From Camelus ferus (Eukaryota), in NCBI RefSeq assembly GCF_009834535.1, contig NC_045707.1:63552001-63616000 (forward strand): a stretch of 64,000 bases of DNA, written 5' to 3'. How positions within the stretch are numbered: the first letter of the stretch is position 1; each line of letters starts with the position of its first letter. A program made the position numbers and the translations under genes. This document shows, piece by piece, positions 1 through 13,170 of the stretch. Under the pieces are notes generated by a model. It ran no database searches. It was given only the letters and a program-made list of their open reading frames with translations, and was not told the DNA's origin.

Positions 1-924
1 CCCACAGGCCAGAGTTCGCTGAATCTTGTTCTGGAGGACAGAAACTACTTTTCCTTCTTTGTAGTTTGTTGAGTTGAACTATTTGGACTCTGATCTTCAC
101 TGATACATTATTTTTCATTCCCTCGAAAGTAACTGACAATAACCACCTCCAGAAAAAAATGCTATTGCAGAAATAGTAACAGCATTTTTGGGGGGTGGCT
201 TCCTAATGGAAACAAAAATCTTTGGACTTTCACAATTAAAGTCCTGACCGCAGTACAACTCCTTGGTCTTAAAAAAGATCCGAGGGAGTATCTGTTTAGA
301 AACCTAAACCCTTGTAATGATGTAGAGAAAACTGACCTTAATTTCTCTGCTGAGAACTCGAGGAAAGGTGTTTACTGAGATTATGTTGGTTCCCTAAATT
401 ACAGTTTAGATATCTGGGATAGAAAAAAAAAAAGGACATCATATGATACATATGCGATATTCTCTTAACAAGAAAATAAAGCTGTTCATCAGATGAAAGG
501 CAAGAAAATGTCTCCATGTAAAAATTAACAATCTCTTTGGTCCTGATTGTCTCCAGTGGATCTGGGGACTAACAATTCTATAACAGGAAATTGGGGAAAG
601 TACAGAGAAAAGAGGCAGAGAAAATGGAGAGATAGAAAGAGCAAATAATAAGGAAAAGAACAGACTGAGAGGGGGTTGCGGGAGGCGGATAGTAAGGAAA
701 ACAGAGGAAGTGATCGGTGAGCCTGTGGTGGCAGGTGGCACGTTGCCAGGTGTTCCTTCAAGGTCACATCACTATCCCAGGGTCATGGATGGCCAAATCC
801 TGGCTCACCATTTTACTTCATTTTGGTTTTTTGTTGTTGTTGTTGTTTTTTAAAACCTGGTACACAGTATTTTACAGAAGTAAAGGTAATTGGCTCATTT
901 CAGTTCTGTGTATTGGCTTGTAAA

Positions 925-1318
925 TGTGCCCCTGTACACGGAGGGCAAGGAGAGACCGAAGAAAGAGACCACTCCGGACTGGTAAGTGGCAGGTTTTCTA
1001 AGCAAGAGAACTTACTTATAAGGCTTAATAAGCAAGAAAACTTACTTACGAGGCTTGTCTTGGGAATCTCCACACCGGCCCGCCAGAATTCTAAAAGTTT
1101 ATATAGACGCTTTGACTGGGTTCAGTCACGTATTGAGTTCAGATGATCTCAACATCACCGGACTCGCTCAGGGCTGCACCCTTGGAACAGCTCCGGCCGT
1201 GGACTGGTGGGCAGAGTGTCAATTCCAAGGAAAGGGTGAGGCTCAGGAGCCTCCAACTGCCCCGGTCCAGACAGCGGTCAAACAGCAGTCACGTCCTCTC
1301 TGTGACCTCTCCCCAACA
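925..1318 (-). mobile_element. ERV-type solo LTR (family not assigned; left boundary approximate)
   Basis: Minus strand starts TGTTGGGGAGAG at 1318, has TATATAAA (plus tttatata near 1098-1105), a pyrimidine-rich U5-like end and elevated CpG. No clear TSD. Confidence 0.55.
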
Positions 1319-2079
1319 TTAGGAAACAAGCATCTATTTTACACTCGGACCAAATATTGATTGATGTTACCGTGGGGTGTCTGGGTCCCTGGGATGTGCA
1401 TTGCACTTCCACCCACTGATAACTCTGTTGCGGGCAGAATCATGCCGTATTTGTGGATGAAAGATAATTCATGGGCCATAAAATAGGTCTGAAATGACTA
1501 AAACTGCAGTGACTGTCATTTAACGTGACTTTTGGATTTCAGTGACCGACTGAGAAGAGGATTCTTACGAGTGTGAAAGAACTCTATGAGGAACTCCAGA
1601 GAAACGAAACTCCCAGGTTCCACGCTCTGGAAACAATGTTGAAACTGGGATGGTGAGATTCATATGTGTTTTCCTTTTCCTATAATTTTCCCTCCCTGTT
1701 ACAAGATGACCACCAGGTCTTGATGTTTTCTCCTTAGCGGAGCTCCTGTTGCAAGACCCAAGCAGAAGGTGCCCAAAGATTATGCATCTTCCTGGATGTC
1801 TTTTTTTTTTCTTGGTCCCTAAAAGTCTAAACTCATGTAGGAAGTTATACTACATCTGCAAGGCAAGAAAAGGAAATAAGGTGAATACTTGGAGGGAGAG
1901 CGTCTCCCAATACTAGGAAAGGAACTGAGATCTGTGGGTTCTACAGCAAGGTTCCACAAAATGAGGAGGTGTCAGGACCCCTGAAAGGCATGAGGGCTTG
2001 GTGTATGTAGGGAGACTGGACAGTTGGTGCCCAGGCACCCAGGCTCACAAAGACCCAGGCTCCAGCTTGTAACAAAAGC

Positions 2080-2725
2080 AGCAGAGAAAGACAAATACTG
2101 AGCGGTATCACTGATATGTGAACTCTTCAAAAAAAAAAACACAAAACTAGAACTCTTAGAAACAGAGAATAGAATGGAAATTCCCAGGGGCTGGAGGTGG
2201 GGGAATGAGATGTAGATCAAAGGGTACAAACTTTCAGTTCTAAGATAAGTAAGTTCTGAAGATCTAACATCCAGTACGGTGACTACAGTCAATAATACTG
2301 TCATGTATATTTGAAAGTTGCTTAGAGAGTAGATCTTAAAAGTTCTCATCACAAGGAAAAAAATTGTAACTATGTGTAGTGTTGGATGTTAACTTGAATT
2401 ATTGTGGTGATCATTTCACAATACATATGTAATATTGAGTCATTATGTTGTATGCCTGAACCTAATATAATAATATGTATCAATTACATCTCCTTTTTGT
2501 AAAAATGCTGTATTGTATACCTGAAATTTCAAAGAGATTAGAACTTACAGCTTCATACCACCAAAAAAACCTAAAAAACAAAAGGTAACTATGTGAGGTG
2601 ATGGCTGTGTTAATTTACTTGAGAGTGATAATCATTTCACTAAATATATCAAAGCATCATGTTATACACTTCAAATATGTACAGTTTTATTTGTCCATTT
2701 TACCTCAGTAAATCTGGGGATAAAA
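2080..2725 (+). mobile_element. Old L1 (L1MA/L1MB-like) 3' end fragments, two consecutive tails
   Basis: Typical L1 3' UTR motifs: gagaaagacaaatactg, ttgaaagttgcttagagagtagatcttaaaagttctcatcacaa, gtaactatgtgaggtgatgg. Confidence 0.8.
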
Positions 2726-3079
2726 ATCAATAGAACCTCTTCCCATCAAGGAGTGATGTGCGCTTGGGCAGATCTATTTGAACCAAAGACATGAGAATCA
2801 TCCCCGAATATTTTCTCTGTAGGATTCACCTTCCACCTATCCCAGCCTCACCAGCACATTTGCCCAATCTAAAGACAGAGAAAACTCCAGTAACTAGTGA
2901 GCCATTATTTTCAGCTCAGCCAACAGAATGAGATAATAGACTCAGATCAGATTACATTAGATTTAGAGAAGCAAGAGAAATTTCTTACACCTAAATCTGG
3001 GGAGAGAATAAAATTCATTGCTGTTGTAGCACTTTTTAATGAGTCACTTTAATCTTGTACCGTTCAGTCACATCTCACA

Positions 3080-3290
3080 TTAAATGCAAAGTAGTCTCAT
3101 TCTTATTCTCAGCCTCCACACTTGACTGCAACTCTGTGAGGAAGATACCATCATTGTCCCCATATCACAGATGAGGAAACTGAGGTACAGAGTGGTTAGA
3201 TAACTTACTAAGCTTGTGAGCAAGAGAACTGGGGCTTAAAGGCAAGCAATCTGACTACAGAGGCCACAGTCTCCATCAGCCAGGTGCTAT
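3080..3290 (-). mobile_element. MIR SINE
   Basis: MIR core cccatatcacagatgaggaaactgaggtacagagtggttagataactt. Confidence 0.75.
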
Positions 3291-4542
3291 CTGGCTCTTC
3301 AGGCTGGGTCCCCCCGCCTCCCCTTCAGACATAAGCAGTTTAAATTGTGCAGAACAAGAAGTTCCATGTGCCCTCCACGTCCTGGTGTAGCCACATGATC
3401 GCAGATGTGAAAACTCTGAACATTAAAACAAAATACGCCTCAGTGAATAGCTGTTGATGAACTGAATGTTTTCCTTGACAAGCTCCAAATGCAGAAACTT
3501 AAAAGTCTTTTTCTAACAGTAAAGCCAATTCTAGTCCTTTTAAGTTTTAAGAACGGTGTCCTGAAGTCCAACCAGTCCCTTTTTGTAGATTTCCAGAGAA
3601 ATAGAGAGTCTTATCAGCACCTCTCTACCCAAAGCCCCCACCTCCTACCCATGTCCCCCCCAACCCCCCCAAACCACCCTTCTCATGCTTTCTTTCCCTC
3701 CTGGTGCATCAGTACATGTGGCGTGTGGCTCCAGCAAGAGGTCAACTGGGCCAGTAGACTGTCACATGGTGGGAACTGAGAGGGCAAGTGTGTTCCCTAC
3801 CCTGTCTCTGAAGTGTCACGCTCCCACCACTCTAGACCCGAGAAGACCCCAGCTTGCCTGATACTTGGGGAGGCAGGTTGAGGGGCATGTATAAAAAAGA
3901 GCAAAGATCTGATTAAAATCCCACAGCATATTCTCAGTCTAATCTCTTTTTTCTCCCTTTCCAACACAATTTCAGCAAGTATGTTTATCATTTAAATGCC
4001 TCCTCTCGTTCATAGCTTTGATGATTCTCACATGAGTTGTAGACTGTTTACTCTAATTGTGTTCTTATTAACATTCCCATTTTAAATGCCTAAAAATAAG
4101 ACTCTGACCTTCCAAAGTGAATGCCTAATTACTGCCCTTCCTCCAGGAGAAATTAACTTGGGAAATGTCTGCAAAGTATGTCTAGGGCGATATGTCCATT
4201 CATTTTTTTTTTCCTTCCTATTTGTTTCTTTAAGGTAGAGTCTCCTACTTCCTCTCTGGAAGAGACGTGGGGTAAAGGATCCCTCGGGCCCCTGAAGAAA
4301 ACACCCCAAGATACTAGGAGTCCATGGAAAAGGTTTCCATAGGAGAGTGCTAAAGCAACTAGTCTTTCTCACAGACTTACTGATCTAATGCTTTTGATTT
4401 CAGGAAAGAGAGCAAATAATGAATGAGAAGTATTTTTCTTAATGTATACCAGCAGGTAAAAATGGTTCAGCAATTCAGTTGAAACATTTAAGTTCCATTT
4501 TCTCACGTACAGAAAAACAACCAGGGGTAGGAGGCGGGGGCA

Positions 4543-4676
4543 GGGTAGGATATAGTTCATGTGGTTCAAGGTCCCGGGTTCAATCCCCAGTATTTCCTCT
4601 AAAAATAAATAAACCTAATTACCTGCCCTCCACCCCATCAAAATAAAATAATTAAATAATAAATATTTTAAAATAT
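4543..4676 (+). mobile_element. Vic-1-type tRNA-derived SINE with an internal deletion
   Basis: tatagttcatgtgg..ggtcccgggttcaatccccagta then aaaaataaataaacctaattacc and an AT-rich tail. The anticodon arm is missing. Confidence 0.75.
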
Positions 4677-5778
4677 TCAGAAAAACTGTCATTTGATTAT
4701 TTCAGGGAGAAAAATAAGATTATCCATCCCTACCCCACCTCAAAAAAAAAAGAAAAAAAAAAACTTCCACAGGAATGTGAAATATGAAGAAATAGGATAG
4801 AGATTTTTTTCTCTATACAAAATTGAAGTTTAAAAAATACGAGTTTAAAAACCGTTTTTAAATGAATTAAAACAATCAAAGATCAAGAGAGCTATTTGTA
4901 AAGAGTTGGAAAACCTAACCCAGCTTCCCCTGTGCCTTTATAAATGCGTGTGATAAGTGGTAAGTGTCAGTGCCAAATAATAATTCTATACGTTTTATTG
5001 ATAATTGTCTTCAGCCTGACATATGGAAGGAAACATCATAGTTGCAGGGAATTGCAGCCATATATTTAGTTCCTTTAAACCTCTACTTCAATCACCTTTC
5101 ATAAAGTAAAAGAAATGAAAGGAACTTTGTAAGATATACAAAGGAAACTAAACTTATTGATATATGCCAGGAGACCCAAACCAATTCCTTTCATCCAGAC
5201 ACACATAATTCTTACTGCAGACCAGGCTCTATTTTTTGGCTGAGCAGTCACTCCCTCCCATTAGAGCCGGGGAAGAATGACTACCTCTGATCGTGTGTCT
5301 CTATCATTAATACTAAGGAAATATGCCCACCTACCCCTTGCATAGGAAAGGGAAGAAAAGTAAAAAATCATCATCATCAGCTTCCAAGCACTGACATTTA
5401 TATCTTTTACAGGGATCCATGAATCTTCCGAAATTAATGACAATGGATAAGCTTCCTCTAAGATTTTACAGGATGCTGCTGGCTCATTTCTGCAAGGTGA
5501 AGCGATTTACTTTGCCCTCAGAGGAGGGAAAAGAAAAGGGAGGACTTAGAAAAATAAACTAGCTTGAACGTAGAATTATAAAGCTGAAGAAATAACATAT
5601 GAAAGAAACTTCCTACCTATTCTCGGTTTTAATCATCTCAAAACCTAAAGGAGAATTCAACTTATTTATTTCCCCAACTGAGGCCATTTTTGCTGAAATT
5701 GCAAAACTAGTCATTTTGCAAAAGAAAAAGCGCAAATAATAAAGATTTTGTGCTGTCCAGAGTAAACACTATGGATTA

Positions 5779-5801
5779 AAGAAGAAGAAGAAGAAGAAGA
5801 A
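5779..5801 (+). repeat. (GAA)n microsatellite, about 7 units
   Basis: aagaagaagaagaagaagaagaa. Confidence 0.9.
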
Positions 5802-6069
5802 AGATGGAAATGGAGCTCAGTTGAAAGAAATCATTTCAATGAACACTTTCTCTCCTATGTACTTTAATAATAATTAGTCAACATCCAAATTATAAATTTT
5901 TTTTGACAAAATAATTTCTAAATCCATAGCTGACTTCAGGAAACTATAAATAATCAACAGTATTTTGAAAGTTAAACATCCCTGAGATATTTACCGGTAA
6001 TTATTCACAATTAAACAAAGGAATGATCTTTCCACCAGTTATGAACTAAATATTGATGAAATAGTAAAA

Positions 6070-8960
6070 TTCATTCAATTATTCCTTCATTCCAAACAAA
6101 AATATTTATTGAAGCTTTACTATGCACCAAGGCATTCTTCTAGGCATTGAAGGTACAACAGTGAACAAGAGGGGGAAGAACTTTAGCTAGAAGGCTTTAA
6201 GAATAGAGCTTTCATTCCAGTAAAGACAATAAATAAATAAATTATACATATGTTTGAGGGTGATAAGGACTACGGAGAAACAAGGCAGGAAAGGATGATG
6301 GGAAAGTACTGGGGGTGGCAAGATTTGGGGAGAGGTTAGGGGGTTGGAGAAAACTGAATAATTAAGGCTTTTCTGAGAAGGGAGAATTTGTACAAAGACC
6401 TGTACGATGTAAGAGTGCAATTCATGTTGATGTCTAGAGTGTTGATATCTAGAGCAAAAGCGTTTCAGACAGCGGGAACAGCAAGTGCAAAGGCCCTGAG
6501 GCAGAGGTGCAGTTGATATTTTCAAGAAACATCAAGGAGTGCATTATTTCTGGAGCTACCTGAGGCAGGAGGAAGTCAAGATGATATCACAGAGGTAAGA
6601 GGACAGGAGCAAAATTGTGTACATTCTTTTAGACCATCATAAGCACTCAGGCTTTTTCTCAGAGTTGGGAAGCATTTGGAAGGATTTGAAAAGAATGACA
6701 AGATCTGACATATTTTTTAAAAGATCACTCCGGTTTTTATGTTGAAGAGGACCATTAAGAGAAAGGGACCATTAAGGAGACAGGATAGAAGGAGATGTGG
6801 TTCCCCGAGTAAGACACGATGGTGGTTGGGACCTGAGTGGTAGCAGTGATGGTGATGAGAAGTAATCAGACTTGGCATGTATTTTCAAGGCAGAGTCAAC
6901 AGGATTTATGGATTAGATGGTGGGAGCTAGTGTGAGGATGAGGAGTCAAGGATGACACAGAGGATTTTGGCTGAATGTTGAATTACTGACCCTAATTCTT
7001 CATTCAACCCTGTCCTTCTCAAGATCTCATTGTGGGCAGTGTCTATTTTCCCATGACTTGACCAAAGGGCTCAACCACAGACTTAACTTTGGCCAGAGAC
7101 ATGAGGGTGGAAGTGACTGCTGCTGGCTCTGAGCCTAGGCCTTAAGACACCTTACACATTGCTTCCTGCCCACTTACACCTCTGCCATCAGCATGAGAAG
7201 AATATTTGCTGCCCATCCTGCTTGTTCCAGGAAGATAAGGAAGAAGTGGAGCAGAGCTTCTCAGGCTGACCAACAGAACTGCAGAGGGAAGCAGAGCTGC
7301 CTTAGCTCTGAAGCCCAAAGCAGAGGTGCCTGGCATGGCCGGTCTAGATCAGCTAACTACAAATCAACTTTTAGACAGATGAATAATGACAAAGGATTCT
7401 TGTTTTAAGTCTTTGAGAGAAGGATGGTTTGTTATGAAGCAATAGCTAACTGATACACTGAACCACTTAATGGATAGAGTTATATTTACTAAAATAAGGA
7501 CATCTGCTGGAGAAGCAAGTTTGGGGAAGAAAATCAAGATCTTAGTCTTGGGCATATGAAGTTTGAGTTTCTCATTCGACTTTAAACTGGAAATTGAATA
7601 GAAGTTGTACATACTGGGGAAGAGCTTTAGGCTAAAATAGAAATGTAAGAGCCATAGGTGTCGAGATAGTATTTAAAGCCATTAAATTAGTTAAGGTCTC
7701 CAAGGAAGTGAGTGTAGGTAAAGAAGAGATGAAATCTAAGCCTTGGAATACTTCAGTGTGAAGGGGTTGAAGAAATAAGGAAGACCCAACAAAGGAGACC
7801 GAGTCGGGGCCATCAGTGGAATAGGAGATAGCCCAGAAGAGGAGGGTGCCTGGAAGGCTGGGGAATAAAGTGATCCAGATGCAGAGGAAGCGATCTTTGC
7901 ACCCAATGCTGGACTGATCAGTGAAGTAAGATGAAGACGGAAACATTATCATTAGATCCTGCTGTGTGAAGTTCTGGTGACTTTGCTAGATTTTGGTGGC
8001 ATGCTGGGGGAAAAGCTTGACTGGAATGAGGTCAAGAGAGTGGGAGGAAAGGAGACGCTTAGTAGGTATAGACTGATTTGCTACGTAGAGAAGCAGAGAA
8101 ATAAATGGGAAGTATGGTGAGAGAAATGAGATTCAAAGAGGAGCTTTTTTTTAATAGGAGGGGAAATGGCTTTTTTTTTTTTTTTTTTTTGCACATACTG
8201 ATGACAGGCATCAGCAGAAGAGGAAAACTTGGTGAAGACAGCACATGTAGGAACTAACACTAGCTAGAAGAGGGGCAGTTCTGGGTGGGAGCTTATGGAA
8301 AGTCTCTTTTAATTGCTTGTATTTTCTCAGTGGAATAGGAAGCAAGGTTGGCTAAGAGAGAAGATGGAGTAGGAGGTATGAGAGTTTAAAGAGAGAGGGG
8401 GAAGTGTGAAAGAACCAGCTGGGAGAGCGGGAACGTAAGTGGACTACGTAAGACCTGGCTGCATAACGCCCACTTGAGGGGGGCGATCACACTATTTACA
8501 GGGAGACCAGTCACGCAGCTGTGTGTCTGTCTGCAACCACGCTCTGTTACATGGGTGTAGGTACAGAGTAGGATGAGACCTAGCTTTATCCAGGGTTGGG
8601 GTGTTCCCAAACAAAGAGAGTGCATCAGGGGAGTTGAGGGTATATGCAAGGGAGTGATAATGATTGCCCGTGGAATTTAAGCTGCAGAAGAAGAGATGTG
8701 TACAAGAAGCAGCTCAGGGAAGGTAGGCAAACTGGGCTGAAGGACTTGTAGGGTTGAGGTTACTGAAGGAAGCTGCAAAGCACTAGTGGTGGTGACAGGA
8801 TGTGGCTGTTTCTAACAGAGCTGATTGGGACGTTGCGGTTATTGACAACCACAAAGTTGGGATGTGATTTGAGAAAGAAGAGCTGCAGGCAGGTGGAAGA
8901 CCAGACACTTATCTGGGCTCCAAAACTGCGAAGAATTATGTCAAGATGAGTGTTAGAAAT
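6070..8960 (-). mobile_element. Long L2 LINE remnant, interrupted by a MaLR LTR
   Basis: Begins with the antisense L2 tail (ttcattcaa..aaatatttattga..tactatgcaccaagg) and continues with L2 body motifs (caagtgcaaaggccctgaggcag, tttaaaagatcactc, ggagtcaaggatgac). Resumes after 7462. Confidence 0.75.
6976..7457 (+). mobile_element. MaLR (MLT1-type) solo LTR inserted in L2
   Basis: TG...CA termini, MLT1 3' end ttgttttaag..tggtttgttatgaagcaatagctaactgataca, and a perfect 5-bp TSD ctgaa (6971-6975, 7458-7462). Confidence 0.85.
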
Positions 8961-9064
8961 CAACTATAAAAAGAAATTAAAAAACAAAAAGATGAGTGTT
9001 TTAGACAAGGTAAAATCTTCCAGAAACTCAAATTAAAAGGTTTTGGGTTTCTGCAAAATATTTA

Positions 9065-9846
9065 TTTCATACCTTAACCGAACGCATAGTGAGTAGCATT
9101 TAAATTTCGCTCCAAGACATTTCACAGGGGTCTCAGAAGGACGTAGAACTCGCCTCACTCACCTGCACTGAACCAATTTACCAGATTCCCCGCAGCCCCC
9201 CTCCCCATCTCCCTATAAAGCTTTTTCTGTTGAAACCCAGAGCAGAGACCACTCAGGAAATCCACTCACTCAGTTCTACTCCCGTCAGTTGAGCTGGATG
9301 CTTGCCAAGACTCAGTTGTTTGTTCCCAACCCTGTTTATGTTTCTTAAACTTGTTTTTGTAACTGCATAATTGCCTGATTTAATGAACTATCATGGAAGG
9401 CAGTGATATGTGAATGCAAAAAGAGAGTCGCGGCTTCTTCGAAAACCATGGTGAATGCTTGAGAAAGATTTTATAAAGGTGAGTCACTAAAACATATGAT
9501 TTTTGAAAAGCCGTAAAAACGTAGAGGATGCCAGCACCCGGGTGGCTGTGCTCACGTCCTAAGTTACTGCTCCACTTAAAGAAGTCGAACCAGAACTCAC
9601 CATGAATTACAAGTGTGGCTGGTGCAAGGAAGACGATGCAGGACTCCAATCCGGCCACCTGTACTCAAAATGAAGACAGTGGGTCTACACCAAAGTATTG
9701 GTGAATGAGTCTCAATTTATCTGTTCTTAAGGTAAGTAAAATCTCTAAGGCAGGTCTTTTCAAAATAATTCCCTGCTTCAACCAACTTCTTCAATTACCC
9801 ATTTTAACTACAGCCTTGACGTCATTAGATTAAAGGGCTTCTGATG
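9065..9846 (+). mobile_element. Tigger (Tigger13a-like) DNA transposon fossil
   Basis: Decayed pogo-type transposase N-terminus (tgaatgcaaaaagagag..gataaaggtgagtcactaaaa-like..gtgtggctggtgcaaggaagacgatgcaggactccaatc) and TIR-like end taaagggcttctgatg. Boundaries approximate. Confidence 0.6.
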
Positions 9847-10820
9847 TTACTTTAAACTAGACTGTAATTTGGACAATCAAACCAGAGAGATCAAATGATT
9901 CATTCCTAAAGTAAGCCTTTTATAAAAGCAGAAAAAAAACGGCCTGGTTGAACTGGGCAGTGACTGATTTTCGTTATTTTTGCACTCTTATCATTATTAA
10001 AATGGGAACAATGTTACAAAAGCATTGAGGCCACATGCTTGCCTTTAAGGCAGGCTGTTCCTGAATTCCTGAATAAATGAGACTCTTTGCATTGAAGTTT
10101 CCCTTTGATTCCCTACATATCAGAATAAGAGTTTTGATGTAATAAATTATGTTGTAACTTTGCATTCATCATTCACTAGGGTAGGCTGCATGAATGTGGT
10201 TATGAAGCAGGTAAATAATTAAACTGACCTGCTGTGGTCCAGAAGGATCTATAACCATCTGACAGAGGACAGAGAACAGTGATTATGCTGCTGTAGAGGT
10301 TGACCCAGAATTTCTGCCTGGATCCAGAATGTGAGATGAAACTGTCATAACCAGGCAATTCACCAAACAGAGAGAGACTTTGCCGAGGACCCTAAAAACA
10401 GGGCGACCATTGCTCAGGGAGTCGGGACCAGATGAGAAGTAGTCGGCATGGTAGAAGCGGGAAGCAGTCTCTTTTGAAGACGAAGATGAACTCTTTGTTC
10501 TAAGAAGCAGAAGGAAACTGAAAATTTGCTGCAAATAGTAAGAAATGTCCTGTTCAAAGGAAGCAGCCTTTTAATGTGGGACAAGAACATCAGGAGATAC
10601 ACAGAAAAGGACTCGCAATATTTGGATGGCACAGGAGAGGAAACTGGAGCCAAAAGCATTCCTCTTGGCCATATTTAGCTAAAGTTTGTCCTCATTCCTC
10701 AGTGAGGATGAACTGAAATTCTAGTCTTACTACCATCATTTAAAGTTTTTACCTACGATGATACTTTGGTTATATGAGTCAAAGTAAGTCATGCAACTTC
10801 TAGTTTGTCTCCTACTTCAA

Positions 10821-10970
10821 AGATAAGCTCGATGGTAGAGCACGTGCTTAGCATGCATGAGGTCCTGAGTTCCATCCCCAGTACCACCATTAAAATAAAT
10901 GAGTTAATTAATTAATTAACCTAATTACCCCCAAAATAAGTTAATTATTAATTAAAATTCTTCATAAAAA
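10821..10970 (+). mobile_element. Vic-1-type tRNA-Ala-derived SINE
   Basis: agctcgatggtagagcacgtgcttagcatgcatgaggtcctgagttccatccccagtaccacca + AT-rich segment + cctaattacccc. Confidence 0.9.
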
Positions 10971-11475
10971 TTAACAGTGCCCTCCAAAATATGCCCTTGT
11001 TTTAATTTGCAGAATATGCGAATATTTTAGGTTCCATAACAGAGAACTAAGGCTGCAGATGGAATGAAGGCTGATAACCAGCTGGCCTCAGAATATGGAG
11101 ATTAACCTGGATTATCCAGGTGGACCGAACATGTTCACGATGGCCATTAACAGTGGGAGGGTCAGAGAGGCAGGTGTGATCACAGAAGCGTGGTCAGAGT
11201 GACGTCATGTAAGGCTTCAACCTGCTGTTGTTGGCTTTGAAGAGAGACGAAGGGGCAACAAGCCACAAACGCCGCCGTCTCTGGAAGCTGGAGAAAGCAC
11301 AGGAGGAGGTGCTCCCCTAGAGCCCAGACAGGACGCAGCCCTGTGGGCACCTCGCTTTTAGCTCAGCGAGAGTGCTGTCAGACTTCCATCCCAGAGGACC
11401 GAAGACAAGAAGATTGTGGTGTTTTAGCCAAGGGCTTGTGATGGTAGGTTATAGCAGCGATAGAAAAAGAATGTG
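10971..11475 (+). mobile_element. MaLR LTR (MLT1D-like)
   Basis: ctggattatccaggtggacc, gttggctttgaagagagacgaagggg, ctggaagctggagaaagca, tgttttagcca..ttatagcagcgatagaaaa. Confidence 0.8.
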
Positions 11476-11889
11476 CTATTAACATGAGAGAGCTGCTTGT
11501 GGACTCGGGTAGATAAGAAAGCAAAACTTTAAAAGAGACTGAGATGAAAGAACACCTGTCTGCCTCTGAGGCTCAAACCGGGCTGCGGAAGGGTCTCCTG
11601 ACAGTGATTAGAGGGAGCTGCACCTAGTGACTGAGATGCAGAAGGGGAAAGGACTGATATGATACAGTGGCAGGACCCTGAGAAGTGTTCGATACACGTT
11701 CCGGCAGATTAATCAGTTCTGAAGACCTTGAGTAACCACATGAGAGAGGGGTAGATAGGTTTTGTAAAATCTGGGGGAAATCTGCCCTATAGATCTTGGT
11801 CCATATCACAGAGTCCTATGTTAAATGAATTTTGTAACTGGAAGTAGTATTACAAATCATATAATCCAATCCATCTTTTTTCCTATTTA

Positions 11890-13170
11890 TTTTTATTTTT
11901 TAACAACTTTATGGAGGTATAATCGAGATACAAAAAAAAACTGCATGTACTTAATATATATAATTTTTTAAACATTTTTTATTGAGTTATCATCATTTTA
12001 CAATGTTGTGTCAAATTCCAATGTAGAGCACAATTTTTTAGTTATACATGAACATATATATATATTCATTGTCACATTTTTTTCTCTGTGAGCTAACATA
12101 AGATCTTATATATATTTCCCTGTGCTATACAGTATAATCTTGTTTATCTGTTCTACATTTTGAAATCCCAGTCTGTCCCTTCCCACCCCCTGCCACCTTG
12201 GCAGCCACAAGTTTATATTCTATGTCTATGAGTCTGTTTCTGTTTTGTATTTATGTTTTGTTTCTTTTTTTTTTTTTTAGATTCCACATATGAGCAATCT
12301 CATATGGTATTTTTCTTTCTCTTTCTGGCTTACTTCACTTAGAATGACATTCTCCAGGAGCATCCATGTTGCTGCAAATGGCGTTATGTTGTCGGTTTTT
12401 ATGGCTGAATAGTACTCCATTGTATAAATATACCACCTCTTCTTTATCCAGTCATCTATATAATTTGATGAGCTTGTACACAGGCAAATACCTATGAAAC
12501 CATCACCACAATCATGGTAATAAAGATACCTGTCACCTCCAAAAGCTTCCTCATGCCCCTTTGTTTGGGGTTTTTTTCTTTCTGGTAAGAACACTTAACT
12601 TGAGATCTACTCTCTTAAATTTTTAAGTGCACAATACAATGTTGTTAAATACAGGCAGTGTGTTATACAGCAGATTTTTAGAAGTTGTTCACTTCACATA
12701 ACTGAAACCTTAAACCCACTGACCTACTTCCTATTTCCCCCTCCCCCTCCAGCCCCTGGCAACCGTCATTCTGCTCTCTGCTTCTGTAACTTTGATTATT
12801 TTAGATACCTCATATAAGTGCAATCATGTAGTATTTGTCTTTCTGCCAATGGTTTCACTTACCATAAAGTCCTCCAGGTTCAACCCTATTGTTGCATATG
12901 GCAAGATCTCCTTCCTTTTTTAATGCTGAAGAATACTCCATTGCATGCATACGCCACATTTGCTTTATCCACTCATCCATCAGTGGACATTTAGTTTGTT
13001 TCCATACCTTGGCTATTGTGAATAATGCTGCAACTGAACATAGGGGTGCAAATATCCCTTTGATATCCTGATTTCAATTCTTTTGACTATAAAAGTCCCA
13101 GAAGCAGGACTGCTAGATCATATGGTAGTTCTATTTCTAATTTTTTGAGGAAACTCAGACTGTTTTCCAT
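11890..13170 (-). mobile_element. Older L1 (L1MA-like) 3' portion, split by a younger L1
   Basis: Antisense L1 3' UTR and ORF2-end motifs on both sides of the nested insertion, e.g. ccatcagtggacatttagtttgtttccataccttggctattgtgaataatgctgca. Confidence 0.85.
11967..12456 (-). mobile_element. Young lineage-specific (camelid-type) L1, 5'-truncated, nested in older L1
   Basis: Encodes an ORF2 C-terminal remnant [46 protein letters not shown]. Perfect 10-bp TSD tatataattt (11957-11966, 12457-12466). Confidence 0.92.

Noticed and set aside
10260..10660. Purine-rich, coding-looking stretch with overlapping short ORFs
   Set aside because: No sustained frame or recognisable protein; motifs resemble a very old antisense L2 fragment.
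12277..12594. ORFs with protein-like text (also 18265-18447, 50523-50708, 58760-58948)
   Set aside because: C-terminal remnants of L1 ORF2 in truncated retrotransposon copies, not host genes.
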